A stretch of 61,200 nucleotides of DNA, the filler included, from Platydemus manokwari (Eukaryota), in the NCBI GenBank assembly GCA_037951405.1. It is 5 parts of 5 records of this genome, joined end to end, with 100 filler letters (N's around TTAATTAATTAA, not from the genome) between each part and the next. Parts side by side here need not be neighbours in the genome. Positions count along the whole stretch, not along the records: positions 1 to 13,617 come from JBBMOY011666958.1; positions 13,718 to 24,246 come from JBBMOY011126663.1; 3 more parts are not named here. One strand, 5' to 3'. The notes beneath the pieces are model-generated. The model did not search any database. It was not told the origin of the DNA and saw only the letters and a list, made by a program, of their open reading frames with translations. Shown piece after piece: positions 1-14,476 of the stretch; positions within the stretch are counted from its first letter, which is position 1, and each line of letters begins with the position of its first letter. A program made the position numbers and the translations under genes.

Positions 1-71
<71 letters not shown>

Positions 72-75
72 TAAT
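1..75. repeat. (AAT)n microsatellite at contig start
   Basis: Uninterrupted aat repeats from 1 to about 68, one aac variant, then aat to 75. Confidence 0.98.
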
Positions 76-3000
76 ACCCCAAATAAATATCATTGGGAAC
101 ACCTATAGTCTGTTATTTCAATAAGTTATTTAATGCCAAGATGAGCGATGATTATTTATCACTGCGACACAGAATCTAGAATTCACAAGCCTATATTTGA
201 TTTACGACTCACAATATCTATATTTTATGTCACCAGTTCATTGCTCATCAGATATCATGATACGATCTTTGGAAATGATTTTCGAGAATTCGAATTTTAC
301 TCCAACAGAAAAAAAATGTTTGTCGCACGATTGATTTCAACGAAATAACTCAACCCATAATCAATGGAATCAATTAATTATTGGAAATTTAAATCATTAT
401 TTATTTTTGAAAGGAATTAATTGATATGAGGAATTTTTCTCGTTAGCTCGTTTGGCAATTAATTGATATATTAATTAAAAATAATTAATTAAAATAATTA
501 TTAATTAATTCCGACGCGAATAAAAATCAATGCCGTTTTGAAACGATACCTATCACTACCAGATCTCCATTAATACCGACACTGGCAAGTAACGTTAATG
601 AATCTGCCGATGCCAAGCAAATTGTATCAGCATCATACGGGAAAAAGCAATATTTATTTCAAATGTTCTTCTTCATCAAGTCAGAACTCGAAATTCTCAA
701 TCATCCAATAGGAATCTAGTAAAGTGTGAATTCGAATTTGTAACGCTTGAATCAATCGCCAAATATTATTTTTGTAAATTCCCTACTACAATGAAACAAG
801 AATAACGAAATCATTTCAGAAATTTTTTTCGAAGAAATAAAATTTTCTGTAATGATTTGCATAGGATGCATTTGCCATCTTCCATCGGTCTGTATGTTAT
901 TTGATTGACTAAGCTTGTTCGATACACAACACGACAATTTTCCAAAAACCATTATTGTCTATAATTTTGATCGATTCCATTTTTCTATCATTTCGTTGTC
1001 ATAGAGCTTCTGATTTGTATATATGTTTTCATCTTCTGACGCCGGCTATTCTCGGTCGATATTACTCTTGACTGGTATTATCGCTCATCTACCGATCACA
1101 TTGATCAATGACCTTGATCATTATCTCGATTTAAGCTTATTTTTAATGATTCAGCTCAACTGAACTGAATTTTGAAACTCATCGTTAGCTCTATTAGTCA
1201 ATTAAACGGTTGACTGATTTCAAATCTAATCAATATTACTCCAAAAAATCAATATAGTAACGAATTAGATACCACTTTTTGTAGAAATGATAGAACAATG
1301 AAGAAATTCGAAAAAAAAGAATTGGAAGTGCTGGAAAATACTACTAGGAACTACAAATAATTTTTTAAAACTTCAAAATAGGCTGCCGCCTATTACAAAT
1401 TATAATATTTTATGGAATAAATTCCTTTTATGGTTCATTTATAAATAGACCTACACCCATCAATAACTTATCCTACCAAACACTTAACAATAAACCACTT
1501 GTAATTCATAATATAAAGGATATATTGCGACAGAACGAAACTCAAATCATAGCGTGCCCCGGGATTTGTGGAGTAAAATATTAAGAAGATAACCCGAAGT
1601 CTACTAAAATTTATTATTACTAGTGTAATAAAGAAGTTCGCAAAATATTGAATTAGAAGAAAAATCAATGGAAAATCTAAAGTTTTCTACTTAATTAACA
1701 TAATAAAAAATAATAATCGATAATTCTAAAATTGCACCGTCACGGTTCATTTGTCATTTTCCAATATTTTCTCCTCGCGTTTTTTCTACTATATTTAATT
1801 TCCAATGAAAAATTTTGGTGGAGAACTTTTAAAAAAAAATCCTTTCCATTACAGTTAATATTTCTATCAGATTTTTTGACGAGCATTAACAAGAAATCAA
1901 GTTCATCGATTTAGGAATTCCTTTTAAAATCGAATCGATATGATCATCTATTAAAACTCACCGAAAATCGGTAAATTTCACAATGTTTTGTCGTTTTTCA
2001 TCTCAATTACGAAACTCGAAAAAGAAAAATTATCCAGATAAGAAAAGCAGAAAAGTTATTGGTAATGGGATTGACAAAATATAAGATCTGGTTTAAAGAA
2101 TATGTAAATTCACTGAAAAAATCAGATTGGCAAAGATTGTGGGGTTATTTTCGATTGAATTTGTATTCATATATGACATTCGCCTATATGTTTCAAATTG
2201 CTTTTCTTCTACTAGTTTGAGACTCGTAGAACTCTGAAATATACCAGGTCAATTAGCGTAAACACACACACACAAATGTACATCACCGATACGGATTGCA
2301 TTCTACAAGTACGTGTGTGTGAGAATGTTTGTCAGAATATTCAAGCCAACCATTAATACAAAGATTACGAGATGCATTTAATTATTGTTCTTGCCTGGAG
2401 ATGAGCTGCATGTGCAATGATTTTTGATTGGTTGTTTGATGGAGTATTACACAATTCTATAACGAGCACAATTTCCATTGTTTATGTCAGCGATTGTCGA
2501 GATTCAATATAATTCAAATCGTTCTGAAAGATCGAATTTACGAAATAAAAAGAAGTGAGAATAATATCCATAACAACAATGCCATCCATGAAATAATTGG
2601 ATTTTATACTGAAAGTGAGAAGGAATTTGGGAAACTGGGGGCATTAGCATAATTTGTCATCAAAGTTAGTTGGGTAAAATAGTGAAAACACAATATTTAC
2701 TGCAACATCTATTCAAACCTCTAAAAAACTCCTTAATAAACTTGTGATGAAAACGCTCAGTGTTTCATTTCTGGTGCCTGTTTGACTGGAAATACCACTA
2801 CAAATGAGCTAGTAGATGAAGTGTGTACCAATCGAATGAATGAATACTCAATATATCAATAATGAAGTAAAATAATAGAAAAATATTGATTTTCCTGTAT
2901 AATTTGAATCTGTTTTACAAAAATTATTACTAATATAATCTTTTTTAAAAATTAATTTAGAATTTAGAGGAATTAACAACTAAAAAGATTACGTCACAAA

Positions 3001-5029
3001 TAGAAATATATTATTTTTCTAGCAGGACACATTAATCGATCAGGAAACTTTCGAATCAATTTTTATTCATTTATGTCTATTGAATATCTCTCAATGTAAC
3101 CTGGTGAATACATAATTATTCGATATTATATAAATATACAATAGTAAATGGAGATGTCTCGCAAAAATTAAATCAACAATACCTGCCCAATTCCTCTTTT
3201 ATTTCATAAAGCTCAGATACTTTGGCCAAAGTCGTTGTCATGTTTAGGACAAGTAGTGAATATATTCTAACAATTTATACAAAATTTAAATGGTAGATGT
3301 TTTATATTAATTAAAGTACCAAATTTAAACAAATCACAAATCCTTCAATACTTTGAATCGATATATTGGTATTTTAATTTTACTTTATTGATTATGGGGC
3401 GATTTTTCAGTTCAGCAATTTTGATTAGTTTTATATTTTGTGATTTATTTTGTTGATAATTTTTCCGGTATTTTTAAAATCACATTCAAAATCAACCCGG
3501 TTCCAATTATTGATTTAAAATGGAAATCTATTAAAATAATTAATTTATGGATTAATCAAATAATTTTCTGAATTTTTCATGGAATTTTAATGTTCCATAT
3601 TTAAAATAAAAATGAAGAAATTTCCTAGAGAGTCGAAGCTTGGAAGTCAATTTGTTTAAAGGATTTATTTTTAAAAATTTATAAATTTTATGATAAAAGA
3701 ATGAATTTTTTAATCGATCGTGATATGTTCTGTGCTTTCGACAAAATAATTATAGGTAATATTTATTTACAATTCTTTAAGATTCCTCCAAACCATTTAT
3801 TAACTTTCATTTATTTATTTTTCTTTTATCCCAAGTTTAGATGTTCGAGCACTTAATTCTTTTAAGCAGGAAATTTATAGCAACGTGATTTTTCTCATAT
3901 AATTTTTTGTACGTTAATTAATGGTCTCTGCAGCATGCCTAGATATTCAGTAGTATAAATTGATTTGAATAATGAAGAACTTGATTTTATAGAATTTATT
4001 CAGTAAAGACAAAACGAAATAGTTGTGGCCTATTGGGGGTGTTTTTGGTCATCCTTTATCTGGCACTGTCTTTTGCATTTTTTTTAATTTTGTTCTTTGA
4101 TGAATAGCTTCATATTTTTTAGCCATTTTATCTTATTCTATAAAAATTATTTTCTTATCAAGTCGTTCTCTCACATTCAAATCCCAATAATCGCTACAAT
4201 AATTGCCACAGATTTTTAAAGGTTCCATGAAAATAATAAGATTATAATCAAATGTGCCATAAATTCATCCTGAACCCTTAATCTATTAAAATTCATTATC
4301 AGGTGGTGTTCCAAATCTTGAGCTTGTCTGACTCATACAGATAAAAGGTTGTTCTCGATTAATTGGCGGAATAAATTAAAAACAATATTTAGACCATAAA
4401 AACCTGAAAATAATGTGACAAATAACAAATCAATAATAAACCAAATGAACACAAGTCAAATATATTTTCCAATTAACCAAAATACATATTTTATATTTCC
4501 CGATTTAATCTAAATATGCTACTGATAGATTAGACTCTCAAAGTGAGCAGCATGAGGAGCACGCTTTTGATGACCTTGAAGCACCTGCAATACTATAATT
4601 TATTTTAATAATTTGTTTTAATGATCACAAGTTTAAAAATTACCCCCTGTGTTTATTTTTATTTGAAACAGATAAAAAATTATTCATGAAAGCAGGGGAC
4701 AAATGATTGCTTCAAATTATAAATGCTCCTGAAATAACGCTTGAACGAATAACTTGTTGTGCGAATGGATTTGTGCAAAATATGACTCTTCATCGATGTT
4801 TATACTTTGTCGTATGAGTTACATGCATGTACGCACTCCGTCAGTTTTTAATGAGTTTTGAAAATGTGTTACTATTTTTAGCTCTACTTCTATTCTTGGT
4901 AACAATATGAAATTTATTTTTATTTTCATCTAAATGTTTATTTTTGGCAACAAGGATCGCTTTGTTAAAATTGGCGAATTCAAAAGACTAAGAAATTGAT
5001 GAGATAAAAAACAACGCGATAAAAATTCA

Positions 5030-6047
5030 ACAAACCTTATATATTATGGGTCATGGTTTCACAAACCTACAATTAAATGAAAGTATCATTTTAAATATAA
5101 AATTTCTATTGAACTTGTTGTTTACTGATTTTAGAGTCAGTGCGCTTCAGTTTCACACTAGTAATAAGAATCAATTTTTATTGTCCTATCTCTCCAGTAT
5201 TTCAAAAGCTCAAATACAATGTCTTCGACATCCGCTTTTTATATTTGGCCACTCAAAAATAGGTCTCATCAATTTATACGACAATATTTTGGTCTCCAAT
5301 TCTTTTTTTATGCCAAGCTATTTCTTCATAGGCTTGGAATCTCCAAATTTTGTACCTTAATAAATAACTTCAAAATCTTAGTTTTATTTTAATAAAAATT
5401 TGTCACTATGTGGTGAATGTTGGTTTGCTTATGGATATCATTTTGCTAATACACTTTTTGCGTGAGGAGTATTAAAGTACCTTATTCAAAAATGTCGAAA
5501 AGAGACAAGACGGAATTGATGAACCAAGCTCTTATTCAAATTCCTAAACTTCCTATATACTTGTGGCATCTCCACCTGTACGATTTATTTGATTTGGATC
5601 AAATCTTCATTTTATTACAACATCGACAGGTTTGGGATCTATGTATCCAATCTATTAAATAGATGTTAATATGCTTATTTTGAGAGAAAACACAAGTACC
5701 TGGTTCCTGGCACTCCCCAATGATTTTCAAGTCACTTTTTGAAAAACAACTCTAAAAATCTTACATATCATTTCGATTGCTTCTAATGTTAAAAAGGGTT
5801 CTCGCTAATTTTCAATTGATTGCATTTTGACCTACTTTGACCCATTTTTCAAATTATTAATTTTTAGTAGATATTTTAGTAGTAGTGTAAATATTATTTG
5901 ATTCTAAACAACTAAAATTCTTCTCGAGTACTTAAATAAAAAATTCAAAATTTTTTTATATAATCTAATTAAATAAACTATATAGATTTTTGCAATACAC
6001 TCCACAAATTCAAAATTTTAATTAAGGACCATTTTTTAACTTTAGTC
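5030..6047 (-). mobile_element. Decayed Merlin (ISXO2/IS1016-like DDE) DNA transposon: transposase pseudogene plus 5' subterminal region and TIR
   Basis: The minus strand gives TCRCCNKMKI...YRWRCHK (Zn ribbon, ~5560-5630), KRIGDQNIVV*IDETYF*VAKYKK (Merlin KIGG..VEIDES.F.KRKY motif, ~5235-5305) and CETMTHNIRFVE (H.TVNHS..FV-like). It has many stops and frameshifts. 5787-6047 matches the MITEs at 23047-23702 and 50895-51384 and ends in the TIR ggaccattttttaactttagtc. The other end was not found. Confidence 0.8.
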
Positions 6048-6599
6048 AATATTTTAAAATTAGTCTAGTAACCATAGAAATTATTACTTAAAACATTTTA
6101 AAACATAAAATCAATGATGTTTATCGAATTAAATTTATAAAATTATAAAGAAATTAATTTTCATTAAAATCGATAATTTGTAATATTTTAAATGATCTTT
6201 TAATCCAATCGATTCTTTCTTTTCTTATTTGCACATCATATTTGCATTCATTTTTAATTGAGCCTTTATTCTGTCTGACTAGTTTCCGAGTTCGATTTAT
6301 TTGTGCATGTAACAATGGAATTATTGTTATCACAGTTCCAAGATTAACTGAAAAGCATTTATCGGCAATATCGATATTATTATAATTATTTAACTCAATC
6401 ATACATGAATCAATATAGAATATATTTTTCAATAAACGGATTATTTAAATAAATATTTTCATTGAGAGCTTTAAATAATGCCATTCGATTTAAAATTCAA
6501 AGTTATAATATTTATCGATTTAAAAAATTTAAAGATTTGTAAAAATTAATTTTTAAAATCGATATTTAAAATTTTTTGAATAACTAGCTTTGATGATTC

Positions 6600-6960
6600 G
6601 CAACACCACACACCGATACTAGGTGTCATTTATGGACACGACAGAAACAAATCGTTTAAAAATAAGGGATTTCAAATTAACTATCTCGATAACAGCAACG
6701 AATGATATTGTTGAAGTCCTTCATCGATCTGCTTATCTCCATGATATCAACATTAATACAAAGGGATACAGGCTTATCGTCTCAAAAGCAGTGAACAGTA
6801 AAATCCTATTTGACTTAAAGCTGAAATTTCGAAGCTCTTATTACTGCAATTTATTTTGAGAGCATTAAACAGAATTGTTGCTGTTTATTACCAACCAAGA
6901 GAATACCCGGTGTAATTCGAGATGCAATGCATGAGACGTAACTGCAAAGCTTACTTTAAA
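6600..6960 (+). mobile_element. Possible hAT transposase remnant
   Basis: The stop-interrupted frame HTDTRCHLW...NFEALITAIYFESI loosely resembles the hAT TRW...FEFL..L..W..IL segment. It is highly degenerate. Confidence 0.25.
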
Positions 6961-9900
6961 TAATGTTGTCTTTATGCTCGCTAATAAAATTTTTATGATT
7001 TACACTGTCTTCCGGTTATAAGAAGTGTTATTGGGAAACTAATTAAACTTGGGTTTCGGAACTCTTTCTCCTTTCATCAACACATAAAGGAAGTAATAAT
7101 TTTGAAAATTTAGGAAATCTAATTCCTTCCAGTCTCCTCGACATTTGCCTGCAATTATAAATTATCTGGTCTATGATTACATTATTTTTTTGTTCATTAT
7201 TTACTTTTTTATCACATGATTTTATAAGAAAATATAATATCGATTGATTCAGTTATGATTTATATTGATTATAATAAATCCCAATCCATCTTGAAGTATA
7301 TTTTTAAAGAATTCTGCCAGGAATGTGCATCGTTAAGATGTTTTTAACAATAATAAACCAATTATCTTTGTGAGGATTTTAAAACGATGGCGATGATTTT
7401 TAGAAAATCTTATTTTATAAATTTATTTGTTGAAAAAAATGTAATTTTGAGTCGTGACTTTCCAGTTATTTTTCAATAGGTGCTTTATAAAATATTGGCG
7501 GCTCACAGTTTTGAAATAGTTGATGTTATTTCTTATCCCACAATGTGCACCAATAATCTTCGGGTAATGAAAAAAGTACTGAAAATTGTATCATTTTATG
7601 GGGTTTTAATTCCACAACTATCAGCCAATTCAGAATTCAAGACAACATTAAGTGCTCATTTTGAATTATTAGATTAAATCATCAATGAAGGTTCTTTTAT
7701 TAGTTCCCCTTTTAGGAGTAATATGTTTGGTTATATCAAATGAAATAGTTTTATTTCCACAATCTAGCGAAACTTAGCGCTCTGAATTTAGATTTTTATA
7801 AGTTTTGTTAGTGTTGTCAGGCACGCGTATGAAGTCTCAAAATATTGCTTCAGTGATGTTTAAAAGTAATTGTGTGGCTCGTTAATATCTTCACTCAACA
7901 AATAGAAGGATTTCATGAGATAAAAATGTTCTCCGAATCAATAATAAGAAATATAAGAATTGAAATAAGGAATCTCTCTTAATTAATGTAAGTGTTTATT
8001 TTATTATCTCCAACTCAATCAATAAACATTCCAAATATTAAATCATGTTTCTCTCAGATGTTTCATCACATTGATTTACGATATTCCGATTCTTTCTTTT
8101 AAATGTTGGTAATACTAATTGATATGTTTTGCACTTCTCCGTTTCGATATTGGAAATCACTTCTAATCCACAATCTCGTGAATCAGAATCCTCGGTTATT
8201 TCTAAAATCTTTGACCTTTATGAAGTCAAATAGTGAACCGACACTCAGTTGATTACAATTTATTTCTCATTAATATTTTGTACATTTTTATGACAATTAT
8301 TTGCAATGATTTTCTTATTATCGATTAAATTATTGATTGGGATGTGTGGATTTCAAGTTTTCATAAAGAATTTTTATATAAATAAAATAAAAAATGGAAA
8401 AAGTAAAAGCGATATAATTTATTTGAATAAGATGTTTAAATATAATTTTGTGGGTTGAATTTTGTTATCAGTTTTCAGTGCGTGCATCATTTATTGACAG
8501 CAATTAATCGATCTCATAATCATAATCGATAAATAATAATTGACAACTTAATTTAGTCTGAGCTTGAGGAGATATTTTAAAATCAAATAGATAGTTGAAT
8601 CATTAATTCGAGAAGAGCATTTCTTCATTTATTGAACTCATTATCGATAATGATGGAAAATTCATGGAATAGAAATTTCAGGTGCGGATATGTGAATTAA
8701 ATACAATGTGCGAAGAAGAGTTGAAATAGAATTATTATTAATAAAATTTTGAATCGAAATATCAAGTGATTTATTGAAATTATCAATGTGATCAAATTGG
8801 TGCTAGAAATAGTGGGTGCTAATCCTGGAATTTGTGCTCTCGTATGTGATTATCAACAAAGAACACAGATTTCCACTAATTTATTTCAGAATACGCCTTT
8901 TTACCATAGAATATGAATTTATTCTCTATCAATTATGCTCAATAATGCTTCTCAAAATTCGTTGTAAAATTTCTTTCATGACAGAGGCTCAAATCCACAA
9001 TGTTATAACCAATATTATTGATGGACTCGACCAAACGACCATATCACCACTATCAGTTGATATCACTTACCACTTAGTTATGAGCACATGTATCATCATA
9101 TCACTCACAATGTTGACTCGTAGTCGATATCACTGAATCAGTTTCCGTTTCTCCTAATTGGGACTGTGAGGATTTACAAGGATTGAAATTTGAAAAATTA
9201 TAAAATAAGATTTTTAAAAAAGATTGATTGGTTTGAATAATTGTCATGAAAATATAATTTGGCGTTACGTGACTTTTCAGTTCCTTTACAATGCTTGTGT
9301 TAGGAAATAAGAGCGGCATACATGCGCAAATTTTTACCTTTTCATAGTCGACAATTCCGTCATATTGAATTTATTTATTTTTGTTTCTTTTTCTTGACAT
9401 CCTTATGATTGATTTTATCTTCAATAACCAATGTCAATCATTTCGTATCCCACATACAATATGCACCCACAATCACACTCCCATCAACACACAATCACAC
9501 ACATATGTAACTTCACAAAATCAAGGATATCAATTGCCAAATATATTTAACTAATTCTACCTGGCTTGAATTCATTCCAGAATCTCACATATATTTTTCT
9601 TGATTATCAAGATTATAATGTGGAGGGGAATCAAGAATACAATGTTACATTATGTAATATTTTGCCGTTACATTAACTGGATCTCAGACAAATTTATTGA
9701 AACAATATCTCATACGTATAAGATTATCGGACAGAAAAATATCGCACATCAATTATAACGATTTCAGGGCTAAATTTGAAATTCTTATTGAGAATCGAAT
9801 TACATTTGTTCTATCTACATTGCGGAAATGAAATTATTTGAGTGAGATGTTGTATAAATATTGGCAATATTTTATTGGCTTGTACGGCTCCAATAATGAA

Positions 9901-12341
9901 ATAATGATTAATTCAATTTTATAATCAATAAATAATAAATCTATAAACGAGCATTTTTGACGATTGATATAAGAGAGCGGTGGAAAAACCTGCAATCGAC
10001 ATGACAACTGAAAGAATCACTTCAATAAAGAAATTTTCTGTCAGATAATACCAGCTGGAAACTGAAGCGTAATTAATTACGACAACATAAAGTACTTCTT
10101 GTCCTTTATAGCAATATTTCGATTTTATTTCCGTCAGTTGAGTGTATCAAATTTATTTATCAGCTATCAAATATATCTAAGATCAGCAGTAGAAATGGTG
10201 TTTGAATCAATAAAATAAGACGATAAATAAATTAATTAAAATGTTATTGTTATTTCGAGATACTGTGATGGTTAAATCAATATCAGCAATGAATTACATT
10301 TCTATCGATTGATTGATTAGCTGAGATAATGATTATTCAATTGATATTATTATATAATTCCCATATAATATATTATCAATACAAACAAGCTTGATCAAAT
10401 GTGATGACAATTGTAACCCCACTAATCCACTCACAATTCTCCCTTTATAAAATTTACTTTTATTTCAAGATGATGTTTATTGTTTCTGTTAGGATTTCAG
10501 AATGAATTTTTTTTAAAAATTATTTATTTTAATACTGAATAAAAATACATGATTTGGTGTTGTCACTTTTCAGTTCGGTTTCTATGCGTGCTTTATTAAG
10601 TAGGGACGGTTTGCATGGCTACCACGCATTTGGATTCAATATAATGATTTTGAAAAAACAGTTCAAGCCAATTTATCACCATGGAAACAGAATAGGTTTT
10701 AAAGAAAGTTTATTAAGCTTATTGAGTTGACATAAATTATACAGCCTTAGCTACACACAAAATCAATAATCGAAAATGTTACCCTTTATCGATATTTTTA
10801 AATTTAAATAAAACCAAAAATTTTAAACATCTCGATGCTAAAATAAATTATTGATTTGAGGTGGTACTTTCAAAATTAATTGCTAATATCTGTTAAATCA
10901 TCTGGTTTTCCTCTTGAATATTTATTCCGTCACTAAACAAATCCATTGGAATAAATATATATAATCCTGGTTTTCATAGATAAAACCAATTTTTACTCGA
11001 TGGTTTTTAACTGCCTTCATCTACAGATAAATTGAAATCTTTATTTATTTACTTGACAAATTTCATTCAACGTTTTAAGTCGCTAACAACTCACAACTTA
11101 TTTCTCGTTAGCTATATTCATTGGACCACATAAAAGTCAATAATAGAAATTCGACCATCGTAGACTAAAAGAAAATTTTGTTTCCTCCAATCACAATCGA
11201 GCTGACACAAAAGATGATATTACCCATCAAATTTAATCGCCATTCATTAGAGTTAATGAACATCAGTTTCATTTTAATGGGTATTCGTTATTACATTTCT
11301 TTGTCGAACAAAGATATTTTAATCCAATTCTGTTGGTTACAATTTTTATTGATTTCTGAGATGTTGTTGGAAATTCGCTTACGGTGGGCCAAAAATATGC
11401 AGACCAATTAGTCTACAAGTGCTTGATAATACTTCTAATATGTGTCACAGTTGTATGGAAATGAAATTCTTACAGCAAACGATCTGTGTGCCAACAGATA
11501 TTACAGTATTGGAGGGCGTTTCGAATGAAAAAAAAATAATACATAAATGTGTCTAGGTTAATTAAATGATGATTTGATAGAGTTTTTTAATCAATGTTGA
11601 ATTATAATAAATCGTCTTGAAATAACCACAGAAGATAGAAAATGAAAACCGAAGCTAATAAAACAAACAACAACGCACACACAGAGATAAGTCGATTAAA
11701 CAAATCGTTGAACGATTGATTAACTGAGAAAAAACAACAATGTGGAATTTCGCATACAAAAGTCGGCGAGAGAGAGAGAGAAATAGATTCAGTTTGACAG
11801 GCGAATAGCTCTAATTGTGAACACAAATCTCCTCCGAATGGGGATTGCTGCAGTGCGCGATTGAAAATTTGTTTTGGAAAAGCAACAACAAGCACTGCCT
11901 TTTATCCGGCTCTGTAATAGACTAGATAATTTATTCAGTCTTTCAAAATCGGATAAACTGAATCGCAGACCTCGAATTTTAGTCACGGAAAAAAAACAGA
12001 ATTGAAAATCGACTATCGTTGTTCATTCTTCAATTACGACATAAAATTTATTTTTTTTAAATGCTATTTTTTGTTTCAATGAGCTCACCAAATTCGATTC
12101 AATTAAAGATGAAAACGCAATGAAAATTTTCATTCGCATAAATCAATTTTTCTATTAATAAAAGCTAGGTTTTAAAATTAAATTAAATTATCTCACATGA
12201 GAAACCATTGGAAAGAAAATGCCATTCAGATGGATTAATTTAAACAAACCAACTCTGACAAATAAGGAAAACGAAAGTCAATCTAATTAAAACAGAAACA
12301 TATTCTGCCAACGAATTAGAAAATACATGTCGATTTTTGTT

Positions 12342-12506
12342 TTAATTAATCTTTTTCTGATATTCAAAGGCTTTGAAACAGTGATTTCCTGAATCGACAA
12401 TCAATATCAGTGAATTATCACGATTAAGAGTAATTCCTTGAGGTCCACAGAGGGGTTCATCTTTTGATTTGATAATGGAGGTACACATGAATCGATTGTT
12501 GAATAT
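12342..12506 (-). CDS. Terminal exon of a TRIM2/TRIM3-like TRIM-NHL protein (last NHL repeat)
   Basis: Acceptor tttccag|ATATTC at 12507/12506. The 54 codons IFNNRFMCTSIIKSKDEPLCGPQGITLNRDNSLILIVDSGNHCFKAFEYQKKIN* match the TRIM2/3 end (VFD..GSFLSYI.T..DPLYGPQGLALT.DG.VVVADSGNHCFKVY). Upstream exons were not seen before the contig end. Confidence 0.85.
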   Translation of the reverse strand: MFNNRFMCTSIIKSKDEPLCGPQGITLNRDNSLILIVDSGNHCFKAFEYQKKIN

Positions 12507-13617
12507 CTGGAAATATGAATTTAATGAATGGAATATAAAATTAGAAAATAAAGCTTGGATTTGAATCATATGAACTCTATTTGATCATCACTTTGAGAAG
12601 GAGAAGAATGATAAGCCTTTTTATGATGAAGAAAAATAAGAAAATGTTAAAATGGAAATAGAAAATATAAAAGGTTTAGAGAATAAATATAAATTTACAT
12701 AGATAGAGAATATGGAGAATTCAATACAAATGAATAGAACGAATATATGGAGATGTATAGTCAGAGCTTTCGGCAAATAAACAAATCAACAATAAGAAGA
12801 AATGTGTGGAAATTAAAGATTATAAAGGAAGTGTGATGTGAGAATGTGTGGATTTAACAACGAATGAATATTTAAAGGATCAAAATACATTTAACTGGTT
12901 TTAATCTAGTTGATTAAATATACTTTGTGGGTTGAAGTTATTAAATTAGTTTTAAATTCATATTTTATCAAATCTTTTCAGATAACACACATTATTGAAT
13001 TTCTCTCCATCTAAATTTATAAACCTAAAACATCTTTTTATTTTCTCTCATTCGCACTATTATATTCATAGAAGTTGTTCTTATAATTCCTTTTCTAATA
13101 CTTCTTTCTTCACTCTTTGAATGTAAATTAAACCGATCGATACGCGGCACTTTTATGATCTGTATTTGTATTGGAAATTGAAAATAAATGAGCCTTTCCC
13201 ATTTTTAATCAATGATAGATATCTATCTTAATTGAGCTCACCTTAAGAGTTCTACATTGTCAATTGATGAATTTCACTTCCAAAACAAATAAGGATTATG
13301 AGGGATTAAGGTTTTAATCTCAAATAATTCCAACCAATCAGATAGACGGGATTTCATAATTCTTTTTGCTCATCAGAATTGGATAAAGTCTAGATTCCAC
13401 TACTTGACCATCATTTGTGAATATTGATTTCAAATAACTACATGGTGTGACATCGAGCTAAAAATACTATATGGTGTTGATAATAAAGATTCCAAGTATA
13501 TTTTATGGATTTATCATAATCAGAAAGTTCAGAGAAACAAAACAATCACCCTGTCTTAATACACAAATTATAAAACACAATTCACAAAAGAAAAAATTAA
13601 CCGAAATTTTTTTAAAT

Positions 13618-13717
13618 NNNNNNNNNNNNNNNNNNNNNNNNNNNNNNNNNNNNNNNNNNNNTTAATTAATTAANNNNNNNNNNNNNNNNNNNNNNNNNNN
13701 NNNNNNNNNNNNNNNNN
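13618..13717. other. Artificial contig linker N44-TTAATTAATTAA-N44
   Basis: Exactly 100 nt with a six-frame stop 12-mer in the middle; identical at four places in the window. Confidence 0.99.
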
Positions 13718-13892
13718 AATATAATAATTGATAATAGATAATCCGCCATAGAATAGTTCGCTCAAATAAAAATTTGAAATTTAGTCTTTTATTTAGCTAT
13801 AGATAATATATAATTTATAATATTTTGGTTGTTTTTATTTATTATTGGGGAATTATTTATAACTGTATTATTATGTAGATTATTATTACTTT

Positions 13893-13893
13893 A

Positions 13894-13933
<40 letters not shown>

Positions 13934-13934
13934 G
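13893..13934. repeat. (ATT)n microsatellite running directly into a splice acceptor
   Basis: attattatt...attag|AATC. Confidence 0.9.
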
Positions 13935-14425
13935 AATCAAACAAAATGAAAATATCAGAAATATTAAATGATCCCCGATATAAGGTTAAAGAAATTATAA
14001 TGATTTATACGCAAAGATAAATAATTTATGTAGGATACTCATCACAGTGTCGATGCAACATATTTATTTGCCAATGGTCAATTCGATGTGAAATGGAAAA
14101 ATTGTTTCAATTTATTCGATTGGCCAGATATAACAGCTGATTGCAACATGGTAATATATTTGATTAATTATTTTTTATTAATATCTAAAGAAATTTCATT
14201 AAAAAAATAAGAATAAAATTTAAAAATTATTATTTTCCTTTTTGATTTTATAATAATAAATTATAAATGTCTGTCAACGTGCTATTTTTTCCAGAAATAT
14301 AATAATGATATTATTAATTATAATGTTAGTAAACTATGAAATGTGAGACAATAATAATGAGATGAATTTCTTAATGATCATAGTAAATATTAACGTATGA
14401 AATTATAGGATATCTTATGTGGATG

Positions 14426-14476
<51 letters not shown>

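Noticed and set aside
2260-2322. Inverted CA/TG repeat forming a hairpin (miRNA-like)
   Set aside because: The pairing comes from complementary dinucleotide microsatellites and the intervening region pairs poorly.
7300-8250. Minus-strand IIGAHCGIRN suggesting a Gypsy integrase Zn-binding motif
   Set aside because: It is a single short motif with no other pol motifs recognisable in order.
9110-9164. Possible minus-strand exon SQLGETETDSVISTTSQH with cag/gtgagt boundaries
   Set aside because: No partner exons or homology were recognisable, so no gene could be assigned.
11602-11986. Two overlapping minus-strand ORFs in a GC-richer patch
   Set aside because: They have no recognisable domain, include an (AG)n repeat and lie just downstream of the TRIM-NHL stop, so they are probably 3' UTR.
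13471-13665. 64-aa ORF in the track
   Set aside because: It runs into the N linker and is an artefact.
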